The notes beneath the pieces were generated by a model. The model was not told where the DNA came from and searched no databases. It was given only the letters and a program-made list of their open reading frames with translations. A DNA stretch of 64,000 nt from an uncultured Gemmatimonadales bacterium (lineage in GTDB: Bacteria; Gemmatimonadota; Gemmatimonadetes; Gemmatimonadales; GWC2-71-9), in assembly GCA_963695555.1 (NCBI GenBank), contig CAVOGR010000005.1, forward strand, positions 224,001 to 288,000. The letters run 5' to 3'. Positions 27,254 through 38,349 of this stretch are shown piece by piece (positions within the stretch are counted from its first letter, which is position 1; every line of letters starts with the position of its first letter). The translations under genes and the position numbers were made by a program.

Positions 27254-28450
27254 GTGCTGGCGGGACGCCGCGTCCTCCTCGGTCTTTCGGGTGGGATTGC
27301 CAGCTATAAGAGCTGCTATCTCGCCCGGGCTCTGACGGAACGCGGCGCGTTGGTTACCACCGTCATGACACGCGGGGCCGCCGAGTTCGTCGGCCCCGCC
27401 ACCTTTGAGGCGCTCACGCACCAGCCCGTGCTCCGCTCGGTCTGGGAACCAGGCCATGCGCTCGATCACGTGCGATTGGCGCAGGAGTCCGATCTCATCG
27501 TTGTCGCCCCGGCCACCGCGCATGTGATAGCCCGCGCGGCCCAAGGGTTGGCCGATGATCTACTGACGACCATCCTGGTTGCGGCCACCGTCCCCATTCT
27601 CATGGCGCCCGCGATGAACGACGCCATGTTCGCCCACCCCGCGACCCGGGCGAATCTCGCGACGCTCGAGTCACGCGGCGTGCGGTTCGTCGGGCCTGAT
27701 GCCGGGGCCTTGGCGGAAGGACCCTCCAGCCTGCCGGGCCGGATGAGCGAACCCGACGTGATCCTGGCCCACGTGCTTCGGTTGTTGGCCGGGAGCGGCC
27801 CGCTCAGCGGTCGGCGAGTGTTGGTGACCGCCGGCCCCACGCGGGAAGCGATCGACCCCATTCGGTTCTTGAGCAATCGGTCGAGCGGTCTGATGGGGCA
27901 TCGTCTGGCGGAGGTGGCATGGGAGCGCGGCGCCGATGTCACGTTGATCACCGGGCCGACCGCACTGCCGGCCCCGGTCGGTGCCCGCGTCGTGCGGATC
28001 GAGACCACGCGTGAACTCGAAGACGCGGTTCGCCGCGAATTACCCCAAGCCGACGTGCTCATCATGGCTGCCGCGCCCTCGGATTATCGCCCAACCTCGG
28101 CGAGCGATACCAAGCGACCACGCAGCACGGGCGATTGGTCGCTCCCGCTCGAACCGACGGCCGATATCCTGAGCGCGACCCGCGCCGTGCGCAAGGCGGG
28201 AAGCATCATCGTTGGGTTCGCGCTGGAAACCGGGGACGCCCTGGCGAAGGGGCGCACCAAGCTCGAGCAGAAGGGGCTCGATCTGATCGTGATCAACGAC
28301 GCCCTGGAGCCCGGCGCGGGTTTCGATGTCGACACCAACCGCGTGACGATCGTGTCCAAGACCCACGACGAATGGGACCTTCCGCTGCAATCGAAACGCG
28401 ACGTTGCGGTCGGCATCCTCGAGCGAGTGGAGCGGTATCTTGTCCCTTAG
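27254..28450 (+). CDS. coaBC: Phosphopantothenoylcysteine decarboxylase/synthetase
   Basis: SGGIASYK, APAMN, TAGPTREAIDPIRFLSNRSSG and GFALET motifs. Confidence 0.96.
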   Translation: MLAGRRVLLGLSGGIASYKSCYLARALTERGALVTTVMTRGAAEFVGPATFEALTHQPVLRSVWEPGHALDHVRLAQESDLIVVAPATAHVIARAAQGLADDLLTTILVAATVPILMAPAMNDAMFAHPATRANLATLESRGVRFVGPDAGALAEGPSSLPGRMSEPDVILAHVLRLLAGSGPLSGRRVLVTAGPTREAIDPIRFLSNRSSGLMGHRLAEVAWERGADVTLITGPTALPAPVGARVVRIETTRELEDAVRRELPQADVLIMAAAPSDYRPTSASDTKRPRSTGDWSLPLEPTADILSATRAVRKAGSIIVGFALETGDALAKGRTKLEQKGLDLIVINDALEPGAGFDVDTNRVTIVSKTHDEWDLPLQSKRDVAVGILERVERYLVP

Positions 28451-29204
28451 ACGCCGATACCTCGCGCAGCAGGCGGAACTCGGCGGCCCCGAAGTGATTC
28501 TGCCCAACGGACAGCCGGAGCTCGCAGCCGGTGCTGCAGGGCCCCCTCCCCGATCGGAGGACGAGCCGGCGTGGAAGCGCGGTGCGCCGCCGATTCCAGG
28601 TCCCGGCCTCACAGTCGACCTACCCGAGCCATCCCTAATTGAAACGGCGGAGACCTACCCGTCGCTCGACGCACTCGCGGAGGCGGTACGGCGTTGCACC
28701 CGTTGCCCGCTGTGTGAGAGCCGCACCCATGGCGTGCCGGGAGAGGGTCATGCAGCCGCGCGGCTCATGCTGATCGGGGAAGGGCCCGGTGCGCGCGAGG
28801 ATGCCACCGGGCGCCCGTTTGTGGGGCCGGCGGGGAAGCTCCTGGACGAGATACTTGCGGCAATCGATATCTCGCGGCAGAGTGTATTCATAGCGAATAT
28901 CGTCAAGTGCCGGCCTCCGCAGAACCGGAAGCCTTTGCCGGATGAAGCCGCGGCCTGCCTCCCGTACCTTCACCGCCAGATCACGCTGATCGCACCAAAG
29001 GTCATCGTCGCGCTTGGCGGGACGGCCGCGGAGGGTTTGCTTGGCGTTCGAAAGAGCCTTGGAGACTTGCGCGGAGCGGTCCATACGTTTGGCGGCATCC
29101 CGCTGATCGTCACGTACCATCCGGCGGCCTTGCTCCGCAACCCGAACTGGAAGAAGCCCACCTGGGATGACGTCCGTATCGCCCGGCAACTTCTCGACCG
29201 CTGA
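28440..29204 (+). CDS. Uracil-DNA glycosylase family 4 (Fe-S)
   Basis: CTRCPLC, IGEGPG, PFVGPAG, NIVKCRPP and TYHPAALLR motifs; start (TTG 28440) uncertain. Confidence 0.92.
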   Translation: MSLRRRYLAQQAELGGPEVILPNGQPELAAGAAGPPPRSEDEPAWKRGAPPIPGPGLTVDLPEPSLIETAETYPSLDALAEAVRRCTRCPLCESRTHGVPGEGHAAARLMLIGEGPGAREDATGRPFVGPAGKLLDEILAAIDISRQSVFIANIVKCRPPQNRKPLPDEAAACLPYLHRQITLIAPKVIVALGGTAAEGLLGVRKSLGDLRGAVHTFGGIPLIVTYHPAALLRNPNWKKPTWDDVRIARQLLDR

Positions 29205-30570
29205 TCCCTACGTCGGCCGCTCGGCGCCATGGAGCGCGGAAGCGGAGCAGGCGGTGCTCGCCGCCATGCTACTCGACCAGGACGCGGCCCTGCGCGCAGC
29301 GGAACTCCTCGACGACACCATGTTTTACCGGGAGGCCCATCGACGGCTCTTCCGCACCATGCTGGCGCTCACCGAACGCCGGGTCGTCATCGACCATGTG
29401 ACCCTCAATGATGAACTGCTGCGCCGTGGCGAACTGGAAGCGGCAGGCGGCGTGGACTATCTGGCTGAACTGGTCGACGCCGTGCCGACCACGGCCAACC
29501 TCGAATACCACGCGAAGATCGTCCGCGACAAGGCCATCCTCCGCCGGTTGATCGAGACCGCCACGTCGGTCATCTCCGAGGCATATGAAGGGCGCAGCAC
29601 TGCCGGCGATCTGCTGGACACCGCCGAATCGCGCATCTTCCAAATCTCCCAGGAGCGCGGGGACGAAGGGTTCATGCGCATCAAGGAGATGCTGTGGCCC
29701 ACCATGGAGCGCATCGAATCGCTCCAGCGCAGCGGCAAAAGTATTACCGGTGTCGCGAGCGGGTTCGCAGATTTGGATGAAATGACATCCGGATTTCAAA
29801 GATCCGAACTGGTCATCGTTGCGGCCCGGCCGTCGATGGGGAAGACGGCGCTGTGCCTGAACCTTGCCACCCACGCCTCGGTCGAGGCCGACTGCGGCGT
29901 GGCCATCTTCTCGCTCGAGATGTCCAAGGAGGCCTTGGTGCAGCGGATGCTGTGCGCTGAGGCAATGGTGGATAGCCAGCGCGTCCGTCAGGGTCGATTA
30001 CGCGACGAGGACTTCACGCGCTTGGCCCGGGCGGCCGGCGTCCTGCAGAACTGCAAGCTGTGGATCGACGACACGCCGGCCCTCAATCTATTGGAGATGC
30101 GGTCCAAGGCCCGGCGGCTCAAGGTGGAGCACGATATCAGCCTGGTCATCGTCGATTACCTCCAGCTCATGCGAGGCCCCGAGCGCGCGGAGAACCGGGT
30201 CCAGGAAATCTCCGAAATCTCACGGTCGCTCAAGGGTCTGGCCAAAGAATTGGACATTCCCGTTGTCGCGCTGTCGCAATTGTCGCGGGCGTCGGAACAG
30301 CGTGGTGGCGATCGCCGGCCGATCCTGTCCGATTTGCGGGACTCCGGCGCCATCGAACAAGACGCCGATATCGTGATCTTCATTCACCGACCCGAGATGT
30401 ACGAGGGGCCGGTCGACAAAGACGGCAACAGTCTCGAGGGCAAGGCGGAAATCATCGTCGGCAAGCACCGCAACGGGCCCACCGGCAAGGTCGAGTTGTT
30501 CTTCCATAAATCCTTCACCCGTTTCGAAAGCTTCACGGATCGGCCCGAGCCGTCCGGCAATGGCGCGTAA
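29167..30570 (+). CDS. dnaB: Replicative DNA helicase
   Basis: AARPSMGKT, FSLEM, VDYLQLM, LSQLSR and DLRDSGAIEQDAD; no intein. Confidence 0.97.
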   Translation: MTSVSPGNFSTADPYVGRSAPWSAEAEQAVLAAMLLDQDAALRAAELLDDTMFYREAHRRLFRTMLALTERRVVIDHVTLNDELLRRGELEAAGGVDYLAELVDAVPTTANLEYHAKIVRDKAILRRLIETATSVISEAYEGRSTAGDLLDTAESRIFQISQERGDEGFMRIKEMLWPTMERIESLQRSGKSITGVASGFADLDEMTSGFQRSELVIVAARPSMGKTALCLNLATHASVEADCGVAIFSLEMSKEALVQRMLCAEAMVDSQRVRQGRLRDEDFTRLARAAGVLQNCKLWIDDTPALNLLEMRSKARRLKVEHDISLVIVDYLQLMRGPERAENRVQEISEISRSLKGLAKELDIPVVALSQLSRASEQRGGDRRPILSDLRDSGAIEQDADIVIFIHRPEMYEGPVDKDGNSLEGKAEIIVGKHRNGPTGKVELFFHKSFTRFESFTDRPEPSGNGA

Positions 30571-31927
30571 GGTCCGGTCGGTCTACTGCTGCGCCGAGTG
30601 TGGCCATCAGCACCCCAAATGGGTTGGGCGCTGTGACGGCTGCGGCGCGTGGAACTCCGTTACCGAGGAACCGGTTGCCGAGCCCGCGGGACTCCGCGGA
30701 AGGCGTTCTCGCACCGACCGGGTACACCCCGCCGTACCCCACCGTCTGATCGACCTGGCAACGCCGCGCCTCTCCCGCTGGAAGACCGGGCTCGACGAGT
30801 TCGATTTCGTTCTGGGTGGCGGTATCGTGCCCGGTTCGCTCACGCTCATCGGCGGAGAGCCGGGCATCGGGAAGTCGACGCTGCTGCTGCAAGCCGCGGC
30901 ACGACTCGAAACCGAGGGGCACGCGGTGCTCTACGCCAGCGGCGAGGAGTCACCCGAGCAGCTGCAGCTCCGGGCCGCACGGCTGGAGGAAGACACGGGA
31001 TCGGTCCACGTGCTGGGTGAAACCCGGCTCGAGGCTGTCTGCGCCGCCGCCGCGGCCCTCGAGGCCCGGGTGTTGATGCTCGACTCCATCCAAACGGTCT
31101 ATACCGACGCTCTCGAGAGCGCGCCGGGAAGTGTCGGCCAGGTCCGCGAGTCGGCCGCGGCACTCATGCGCTTCGCCAAGGAGAGCGGTACGGCCGTCAT
31201 GGTCGTGGGACACGTCACCAAGGGCGGCGGCATCGCTGGGCCGAAGACCCTCGAACACATCGTCGATACTGTCCTCTACTTCGAGGGGGAATCCACCCTC
31301 GACTATCGGCTGCTCCGCGCGACGAAGAATCGTTTCGGGTCGGTCGATGAGCTTGGCGTGTTTGCCATGACTGACCGCGGGCTCCAGCCCGTCCCCAATC
31401 CCTCAGCCGTCTTCCTTGCCGCGCGTGCGGTGGGAAGTCCGGGTAGCGCCGTCACCGCACTCATCGAAGGCACGCGCCCCGTGCTGGTCGAGGTCCAGGC
31501 GCTCGCGTCACCGTCCGGGTACGGCACGCCGCAGCGCGTGGCCACCGGACTCGATCCGCGGCGGCTCGCAGTGCTCCTGGCAGTGCTCGAGCGCCGAACC
31601 AGCTCGTCATTTGCCAACCAGGACGTGTTCGTCCAAGTGAGTGGGGGCGTGCGGGTCACCGAACCCGCCGCCGACTTGGCGGTGGCGGCGGCCCTGGTAT
31701 CGAGCCTCTGTAACCGCCCGACGCCCGCCGACGGACTCTATGTCGGGGAGATCGGGCTCGGCGGGGAAGTGCGACCCATCGCCGGACTCGACCGGCGGCT
31801 GGCCGAAGCATCCAGGCTCGGGTTCCACACCGTGTTCGGCTCAGGCCGCGGCGCGACTCGGGTGCCCGGCGTCGAGCTGGTCAGCATGAACCACGTCGAT
31901 GCGCTGGTGCAGAACTTTGCCGCGTGA
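30560..31927 (+). CDS. radA: DNA repair protein RadA/Sms
   Basis: C4 zinc finger, GGEPGIGKSTL, KNRFG motif, Lon-like C-terminus. Confidence 0.97.
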   Translation: MARKVRSVYCCAECGHQHPKWVGRCDGCGAWNSVTEEPVAEPAGLRGRRSRTDRVHPAVPHRLIDLATPRLSRWKTGLDEFDFVLGGGIVPGSLTLIGGEPGIGKSTLLLQAAARLETEGHAVLYASGEESPEQLQLRAARLEEDTGSVHVLGETRLEAVCAAAAALEARVLMLDSIQTVYTDALESAPGSVGQVRESAAALMRFAKESGTAVMVVGHVTKGGGIAGPKTLEHIVDTVLYFEGESTLDYRLLRATKNRFGSVDELGVFAMTDRGLQPVPNPSAVFLAARAVGSPGSAVTALIEGTRPVLVEVQALASPSGYGTPQRVATGLDPRRLAVLLAVLERRTSSSFANQDVFVQVSGGVRVTEPAADLAVAAALVSSLCNRPTPADGLYVGEIGLGGEVRPIAGLDRRLAEASRLGFHTVFGSGRGATRVPGVELVSMNHVDALVQNFAA

Positions 31928-32615
31928 CGTCGGTGCCATCATCGTCGCGGCGGGACGCGGAAGTCGGATGGGTGGCACGCTGCCCAAGCCGTTTCGCATG
32001 GTTGGTGGCATGCCGATCCTCGCGAGGGCGGTGCGCCCGTTTCTGGCGCACGCCGATGTAGCGCACGTGGTCATCGCCCTTCGCCAACCCGATGTCGAGG
32101 CACCACCGAGGTGGCTCGCCAAGCTTCAAAAGGAGCGCGTGACACTGGTGGCCGGCGGTGACGAGCGGGCCGACTCCGTGCGCGCCGGGCTAGGCGTACT
32201 CCCGGCCGAGTGCCGGACGGTGCTGGTTCACGATGGCGCGCGGCCATTTGTCGAGTCTGATGTTCTGGATGCCGTGATCGCTGTCGCGCGCCGTGGCATC
32301 GGAGCTGTCGCCGGGGTCCCGCTCACCGATACGGTGAAACACGTGTCCGATGACAACGGTACCGTCGTCGTTGTCGAGACGCTGCCCCGGGAGCGGTTGT
32401 GGCGGGCGCAGACCCCGCAAGGGTTTCCCCGGCGGATGCTCGAGGACGCGCACCAGCGTGCGGCCAAGGCGGGCGTGTCAGGGACCGATGACGCGAGCCT
32501 GGTGGAGCAGGTCGGAGAACGGGTGGAGATGGTGCCGGACTCACCGCGCAACATCAAGATCACCTCACCTTACGATCTCGCATTGGCCGAGTGGCTGGTG
32601 GACCAGCTCCGATGA
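31917..32615 (+). CDS. ispD: 2-C-methyl-D-erythritol 4-phosphate cytidylyltransferase
   Basis: AAGRGSRM, VHDGARP, AQTPQGF, TDDASLVE and NIKIT motifs. Confidence 0.95.
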   Translation: MPRDVGAIIVAAGRGSRMGGTLPKPFRMVGGMPILARAVRPFLAHADVAHVVIALRQPDVEAPPRWLAKLQKERVTLVAGGDERADSVRAGLGVLPAECRTVLVHDGARPFVESDVLDAVIAVARRGIGAVAGVPLTDTVKHVSDDNGTVVVVETLPRERLWRAQTPQGFPRRMLEDAHQRAAKAGVSGTDDASLVEQVGERVEMVPDSPRNIKITSPYDLALAEWLVDQLR

Positions 32616-33262
32616 TCCTCCCGTTTCGTACCGACGCCGACATCGACGCGGCTATTGCCACGGCGGTGCCGCACCTCGAGGCCGAGCGGCTCCTGGCCTA
32701 TCCGACGGAAACGGTGTACGGCCTGGGGTCGATTCCCACCGAGCCGGCCCTCGCGGCGCTGTCGCGCCTCAAGGGCCGGCCGCCCAGCAAGCCTTTCCTA
32801 CTCCTCGTGTCGACTCGTACCATGGCGGAAGAGACCGGACTGGTCTTCAGCCATGCCGCCTCGGTCCTGGCCGAAGAATTCTGGCCCGGTCCGCTGACGC
32901 TCGTGCTACCGGGTGGGGAAGGCCGGCTTCCCGATGCCTTGCGCGGACCGGAGGGCGGGATCGCCGTCCGGCTCACATCGCATGCGGGCATTCGTCGGCT
33001 GATCGCTAGACTCGGCCAGCCACTCACGAGCACCTCAGCCAATCGTCCGGGCCAGCGGCCTGCGCCTGGCGCCGACCGACTGGCCGAGGCGTTTGCCCGG
33101 GAGATCGCGGGGGGAGAGTTGTTGGTGTTGGATGGCGGGGTGCTCGGGAATGTGCCGCCGTCGACGCTGATCGATTTGACCGCGCCCGTTCCCCGGTTGG
33201 TTCGGGAGGGAGCAATTCCACGGGCCGAATTGCGCCGCCGCGTCGGCAGCCTGGCGCCGTGA
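32612..33262 (+). CDS. tsaC: L-threonylcarbamoyladenylate synthase (TsaC/Sua5/YrdC)
   Basis: YPTETVYGL, KGRP, FWPGPLT and TSTSAN motifs. Confidence 0.92.
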   Translation: MILPFRTDADIDAAIATAVPHLEAERLLAYPTETVYGLGSIPTEPALAALSRLKGRPPSKPFLLLVSTRTMAEETGLVFSHAASVLAEEFWPGPLTLVLPGGEGRLPDALRGPEGGIAVRLTSHAGIRRLIARLGQPLTSTSANRPGQRPAPGADRLAEAFAREIAGGELLVLDGGVLGNVPPSTLIDLTAPVPRLVREGAIPRAELRRRVGSLAP

Positions 33263-33278
33263 GCGCCGTGGCCGAACC

Positions 33279-33764
33279 ATGACATCGCCGGCTATGCACC
33301 TGCTTCTCGTCTGCACCGGCAACACGTGCCGCAGTCCCATCGCCGAGGCACTGGCCAAGCGCACCCTGGAGGAACGCGGCGTATCGGATGTCACGGTCGC
33401 CTCGGCGGGCACGGGGGCATGGGATGGGGCTCCGGTCTCCGAGGGAGCGTATCTGGTGGGTCTCGAACGGCAGATCGACCTGTCACGGCACCAGGCAACG
33501 CTGTTGACACGAGAGGTCGTCACCGCGGCGGACGTGATCCTGACGATGGCCCGCCACCATCGGGCCAGAGTGGAGGAGCTGGGCGGCGGCGACAAGGTCC
33601 ACCTCCTGGGCGAATATGCCGGTGGTGGCGAAGAGGACCCGGAGGTACGCGATCCCTTCGGCGGTGATCTCCAGGAATACCGCCACACGTTCGACCAACT
33701 GGAACGATTGTTGGGGCCCGCCATTACGCGGATCGTGAGGGAACGCTCCGGTGGTCACCGGTAA
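33279..33764 (+). CDS. Low-molecular-weight protein phosphatase (YwlE-like, possibly Arg phosphatase)
   Basis: P-loop VCTGNTCRSP; DPFGG. Confidence 0.9.
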   Translation: MTSPAMHLLLVCTGNTCRSPIAEALAKRTLEERGVSDVTVASAGTGAWDGAPVSEGAYLVGLERQIDLSRHQATLLTREVVTAADVILTMARHHRARVEELGGGDKVHLLGEYAGGGEEDPEVRDPFGGDLQEYRHTFDQLERLLGPAITRIVRERSGGHR

Positions 33765-34560
33765 CACGCGGGTCTTTGCAGTGTTGGGGGCACCGGTGTC
33801 ACAGTCCCTCTCGCCAATCATGCACAACGCGGCCATGCGCGTGCTGGGCCTCGACGCCGTGTACGTCGCATTGCCCTCGGGGGACGCCGCCGTCGCGCCG
33901 CTCATCGCCACGCTGACGGCGGCAGGCGGAGGCGGCAGCGTGACGCGCCCGCACAAATCCCGAGCCGCCGCTTCGGTCTCGCATCCGACCGAATTGGTCC
34001 GCACCCTCGATGCGTGCAATACCTTCTGGGGAGAGAACGGTGCCAGCGCCGGAGACAACACCGATGTGGCCGGCGTGCTCCACGCAACAACGGTCGTTGG
34101 CGGGGGTCGGGTGTGGGCCATCGCAGGGACCGGAGCCTCGGCCCATGCCGCGGTGGAGGCGGCCCGCACGGTCGGGGCCCGGGTGGCGGTACGCTCGCGG
34201 AGCGAGAGTCGCGCCGAATCACTGATTGAGTGGGCCACATCGAGAGGGGTGCAAATCGCCCAGCTGCCCGATGCGGACCTGCTCATCAACGCGACACCGC
34301 TCGGGTGGCGGGACGACGATCCGATGCCGTTCGATGGAGCCGACCTTCCGCGCGCCCGGGCGGCGGTCGATATGGTCTACCGGCCGGGGGAGTCTCCCTG
34401 GATTCGGGACCTGCGAGTGCGGGGACTGTCCGCCGTGGACGGCCGTGAGATGCTGCTGGGCCAGGGCGTGGCTGCGTTTCGGCGTTGGTTTCCCCAGCAC
34501 GAGCCCCCGATGGAGGTGATGCGTGCGGCAGTGGAGCGAGCGCTTCGCGCGCCTGGGTGA
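33751..34560 (+). CDS. aroE: Shikimate dehydrogenase
   Basis: SLSPIMHN, VTRPHK, ACNT, NTDVAG, INATPLG, DMVY and DGREML motifs. Confidence 0.9.
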   Translation: MVTGNTRVFAVLGAPVSQSLSPIMHNAAMRVLGLDAVYVALPSGDAAVAPLIATLTAAGGGGSVTRPHKSRAAASVSHPTELVRTLDACNTFWGENGASAGDNTDVAGVLHATTVVGGGRVWAIAGTGASAHAAVEAARTVGARVAVRSRSESRAESLIEWATSRGVQIAQLPDADLLINATPLGWRDDDPMPFDGADLPRARAAVDMVYRPGESPWIRDLRVRGLSAVDGREMLLGQGVAAFRRWFPQHEPPMEVMRAAVERALRAPG

Positions 34561-35260
34561 GCTCGCCGCAAGGCTCGAGCGGTTCTTGCTGCCGGCCGCG
34601 TGTCTCTGCTGCGGTGACGCGCTCCCCGGCTCGTCCGGCGCCGATGCCTGCATCTGCGCGGTCTGCCAGAGCCGGTGGTCGCGGTTGCCTGATCCCTTAT
34701 GTTCGCGGTGCGGACAGCCCGTGGGATACGACATGCCGTGTCGGATTTGTGCGGACTGGCCCGCCGGGCTCCGGCGGGTGCGGAGTGCGGTGTGGCTCAA
34801 CGACGGGGCCCGCCACGTGGCGCATCTGCTCAAGTATGAAGGCTGGTGGGGGGTGGCGCGGCCAATGGCTCGCGCCATGCGAAGCCTCGCGCCATTGACG
34901 GATGGAGTATTCTTGGTACCGATTCCGCTGGGGCGCCGCCGTCGCCGCGCTCGGGGATACAATCAGAGTGAGTACATTGCCAGGGCATTGGGCCGGGCGC
35001 GCGGACTCCCGGTACGGGAGCAGGTGTTGCGGCGGGTGCGTGAGACTGCTACCCAGACCGCCCTGACGCCCGAAGCCCGGCGGGCCAACGTGGCGGGGGC
35101 GTTCTTGGCCGCGGACGTCGCTGGGCTCGACCTGGTGCTGGTCGATGACGTCTTCACCACGGGGTCGACGCTGGCGGCGGCGGCAGCGGCGCTGGAGAAG
35201 GCCGGGGCCCGCCGGATAGATGCGGTAACATTTGCGCGAGCGCCACAGCCTGTGGCTTAG
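34523..35260 (+). CDS. comF: ComF family amidophosphoribosyltransferase-like protein
   Basis: Double zinc ribbon, [18 protein letters not shown]. Confidence 0.9.
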   Translation: MRQWSERFARLGELAARLERFLLPAACLCCGDALPGSSGADACICAVCQSRWSRLPDPLCSRCGQPVGYDMPCRICADWPAGLRRVRSAVWLNDGARHVAHLLKYEGWWGVARPMARAMRSLAPLTDGVFLVPIPLGRRRRRARGYNQSEYIARALGRARGLPVREQVLRRVRETATQTALTPEARRANVAGAFLAADVAGLDLVLVDDVFTTGSTLAAAAAALEKAGARRIDAVTFARAPQPVA

Positions 35261-35310
35261 CTCGGTTGCGGGACGAATTGGACAGCAGCTTCACATCTTC
35301 GGGAGAATCG

Positions 35311-36318
35311 ATGACCATCAAAGTCGGAATCAATGGCTTCGGCCGTATCGGGCGCAACGTACTCCGCGCCGCCGTCAAGCAAGCGGACAAGGATCTGGAG
35401 ATCGTCGCGGTGAATGACCTCACCGACGCGCCGACGCTGGCCCACCTGCTCACGTACGACTCCATCCACGGCCGCTTCGACGGGTCGGTGGAATCCGCAG
35501 GCGACACGATCGTGGTTCGCGGGAAACCGATCAAGGTCTTGTCAGAGCGCGATCCCGCGAGCCTGCCATGGAAGGCGCTTGGCGTGGACATCGTGCTCGA
35601 GGCCACCGGTATTTTTCGAGATCGTGAGGGGGCAGGCAAGCATCTCAAAGCCGGGGCGAAGAAGGTCGTCATCTCCGCTCCCGCGAAGGGAGAGGACATT
35701 ACCATCGTGGTGGGAGTCAACCACACCGCGTACGACCCGAAGGCGCATCACATCATTTCCAATGCCAGTTGTACCACCAACTGTCTCGTTCCGGTGGTGC
35801 ACGTGCTCCGATCGAAATTCGGGTTCGTGCAGGGATTCATGACCACCGTGCATTCCTACACCAACGATCAGCGGATTCTCGACTTGCCCCACACAGACTT
35901 GCGGCGTGCGCGGGCGGCAGCCCTCTCCATCATTCCCACCTCGACGGGCGCGGCGAGGGCAACGGCCCTGGTCATCCCGGAGCTGAAGGGAAAGCTCGAC
36001 GGCGTCGCCCTGCGGGTTCCAACCGCCAATGTGTCGATTGTCGAGCTGACGTGCACGGTCGAGCACCCCACCACGGCGGATGAAGTCAACGCCGCCTTTC
36101 GGGCGGCGGCAGGCGGCGCGCTCCAGGGCGTCCTGGCCGTCAGTGACGAGCCGCTGGTGTCGACGGATTACATCGGCAACCTCTACTCGAGCACGGTGGA
36201 TGCCGAGCTGACGACCGTGATGGGGAGCATGGTCCACGTCTCGTCGTGGTACGACAACGAGATGGGATACTCCGCGCGGTGCGTCGATCTCATCCGCCAC
36301 ATCGGCCGGCAGCTGTGA
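35311..36318 (+). CDS. gap: Glyceraldehyde-3-phosphate dehydrogenase type I
   Basis: [19 protein letters not shown] and WYDNE motifs. Confidence 0.98.
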   Translation: MTIKVGINGFGRIGRNVLRAAVKQADKDLEIVAVNDLTDAPTLAHLLTYDSIHGRFDGSVESAGDTIVVRGKPIKVLSERDPASLPWKALGVDIVLEATGIFRDREGAGKHLKAGAKKVVISAPAKGEDITIVVGVNHTAYDPKAHHIISNASCTTNCLVPVVHVLRSKFGFVQGFMTTVHSYTNDQRILDLPHTDLRRARAAALSIIPTSTGAARATALVIPELKGKLDGVALRVPTANVSIVELTCTVEHPTTADEVNAAFRAAAGGALQGVLAVSDEPLVSTDYIGNLYSSTVDAELTTVMGSMVHVSSWYDNEMGYSARCVDLIRHIGRQL

Positions 36319-37505
36319 AGCGCAGCCTGTCTGCGCTGGGCCACGAGACGCTCGCCGGGACGCGGGCGCTGGTGCGGGTCGACTTCAATTGTCCCATTGA
36401 AGACGGTGCGGTCACCGACGCGACCCGGATCCGAGCGGCGCTCCCGACCATTCGGTACCTCAAGGAGCGGGGGGCGCGGGTGGTGCTTCTGTCGCACCTG
36501 GGCCGGCCCAAGGGCAAGAAGGACCCGGCGTACACGCTCCAGCCGGTGGTCGGCGAACTGGAGCGGCTGCTCGGCGAGCCGGTCACGTTCATCGAAGACC
36601 CCACGGCAGCCGAGGCGGTGCGGGCCACGGCCAGGCTTCCGCGAGGCGGCGTCGCCGTGGTGGAGAACACGCGGTTCTTTCCCGGCGAGGAGAAGAACGA
36701 TCCCGACACCGCCCACATGTTCGCAGCCCTCGGCGACATCTTCATCAACGATGCCTTCGGCGCCGCACACCGCGCCCATGCAACCACGGTTGGCGTGGCT
36801 CACGTGCTCAAACCCGCCGTCACCGGATTTCTCATGGAACGGGAGCTCCGCTACCTCGGTGCGGCGCTCGAACAGCCGGCCAGGCCGTTTGTGGCCATTC
36901 TCGGTGGCGCCAAGATCTCCGGCAAGATCGATCTGATTGGCGCCTTGCTCCCCAAGGTGGATCACATCCTCATCGGCGGGGCGATGGCGTGCACCTTCTT
37001 CCGGGCCATGGGACTGGAAGTCGGAACCTCGCTGGTCGAATCCGACCGCCTCCCGATGGCCCGCGACCTCCTGTCTACGGCGGACGGCAAGCTCGTGCTT
37101 CCCAGCGGGGCGGTGATCGCCGAGCGACTCGAACCCGGGATTGCGACCCGCGAGGTTACCCGCGACGCCATCCCTCCGGGGTGGGGGATGTACGATATCG
37201 ACAGCGCGACCATCGAGAGCTACGGCCAGACCATTGGCGCCGCCGGAACGGTGCTTTGGAACGGCCCGATGGGTGTGTTCGAGACCGAGCCATTCGACCG
37301 CGGGACGCTTGGGGTTGCCAAGGCCATGGCCGCGGCGACGGCCCGCGGCGTCGTCACGATTGTCGGCGGTGGCGACTCCGCGGCTGCTGTCGCCGCGGCC
37401 GGGCTCTCGGAACAGATGACGCATGTCTCAACCGGTGGGGGCGCCTCGCTCGAATTTCTCGAAGGCAAGGAGCTGCCGGGCGTACAGGCATTGGACGATG
37501 CCTGA
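36315..37505 (+). CDS. pgk: Phosphoglycerate kinase
   Basis: [34 protein letters not shown] and [13 protein letters not shown] overlap with gap. Confidence 0.97.
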   Translation: MKRSLSALGHETLAGTRALVRVDFNCPIEDGAVTDATRIRAALPTIRYLKERGARVVLLSHLGRPKGKKDPAYTLQPVVGELERLLGEPVTFIEDPTAAEAVRATARLPRGGVAVVENTRFFPGEEKNDPDTAHMFAALGDIFINDAFGAAHRAHATTVGVAHVLKPAVTGFLMERELRYLGAALEQPARPFVAILGGAKISGKIDLIGALLPKVDHILIGGAMACTFFRAMGLEVGTSLVESDRLPMARDLLSTADGKLVLPSGAVIAERLEPGIATREVTRDAIPPGWGMYDIDSATIESYGQTIGAAGTVLWNGPMGVFETEPFDRGTLGVAKAMAAATARGVVTIVGGGDSAAAVAAAGLSEQMTHVSTGGGASLEFLEGKELPGVQALDDA

Positions 37506-37528
37506 ACGGTCACCGCGCGGAGGCTGAC

Positions 37529-38287
37529 ATGCCGGAACTGCTGTACGCCGCAAACTGGAAGATGAACCTCGGCCCCGCCGAGACGCGCACCTACGCCGAG
37601 GAGTTCCTCGCGGCCGTGCCCGTCGTCAAAGGGCGGAGCATCTGGTTCTTCCCGCCCGCGGTGTCGCTTGCCGCCGCGGCCGACGCGTTTCGGGGTCGCC
37701 CGGACATCCGGGTCGGCGCGCAGGACATCCACTGGGAGCCGTCCGGCGCCTACACGGGTGCCACGTCCATCCCGCTGGCCGTGGCCGCTGGTGCCACCGC
37801 GGCATTGGTGGGGCACTCCGAACGCCGCCACGTGTTCGGGGAAACGGACCAGGAAACGGGACGGAAGGTCCGGGCGTCCATCGCCGGTGGACTCATTCCC
37901 GTCTTGTGCGTGGGTGAACGGTTGGAGGAGCGCGAAGCCGGCCACACCAAGGCCGTGGTGCAGCGGCAGCTCCAAGCCGGCTTGGCTGACGTCGGCCCAA
38001 GAGAATTGGGGCGGATCATCATCGCGTACGAACCGGTCTGGGCCATCGGGACTGGGAAGAACGCAACGCCCGCCGACGCCGCACTGGTGCATCACCACAT
38101 CCGGCAGCAACTGGAGCAGCAGGGAGCGCGCGAGCCCATCCGAGTGCTGTATGGCGGGAGCGTGAAGACGAAGAACGTCCAAGCGCTCCTGGCGGAGCCG
38201 GAGCTCGATGGCGTGTTGGTTGGCGGGGCCAGTCTCGAGCCCGCCGAATGGGCCAAGCTGGTCGCTCTGGTCAGGGACCGGGCGTAG
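37529..38287 (+). CDS. tpiA: Triosephosphate isomerase
   Basis: ANWKMN, GHSERR, AYEPVWAIGTG, YGGSV and LVGGASL motifs. Confidence 0.97.
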   Translation: MPELLYAANWKMNLGPAETRTYAEEFLAAVPVVKGRSIWFFPPAVSLAAAADAFRGRPDIRVGAQDIHWEPSGAYTGATSIPLAVAAGATAALVGHSERRHVFGETDQETGRKVRASIAGGLIPVLCVGERLEEREAGHTKAVVQRQLQAGLADVGPRELGRIIIAYEPVWAIGTGKNATPADAALVHHHIRQQLEQQGAREPIRVLYGGSVKTKNVQALLAEPELDGVLVGGASLEPAEWAKLVALVRDRA

Positions 38288-38291
38288 TCCG

Positions 38292-38320
38292 TTGACCGTG
38301 CGCGGCCACGGCGTTAGTCT
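38292..38320 (+). promoter_or_regulatory. Sigma70-type promoter for secG (TTGACC-17-TAGTCT)
   Basis: Hexamers at 38292-38297 and 38315-38320. Confidence 0.55.
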
Positions 38321-38349
38321 TCCCCGCCCAGGAAAGCGCTGACGGAGCC

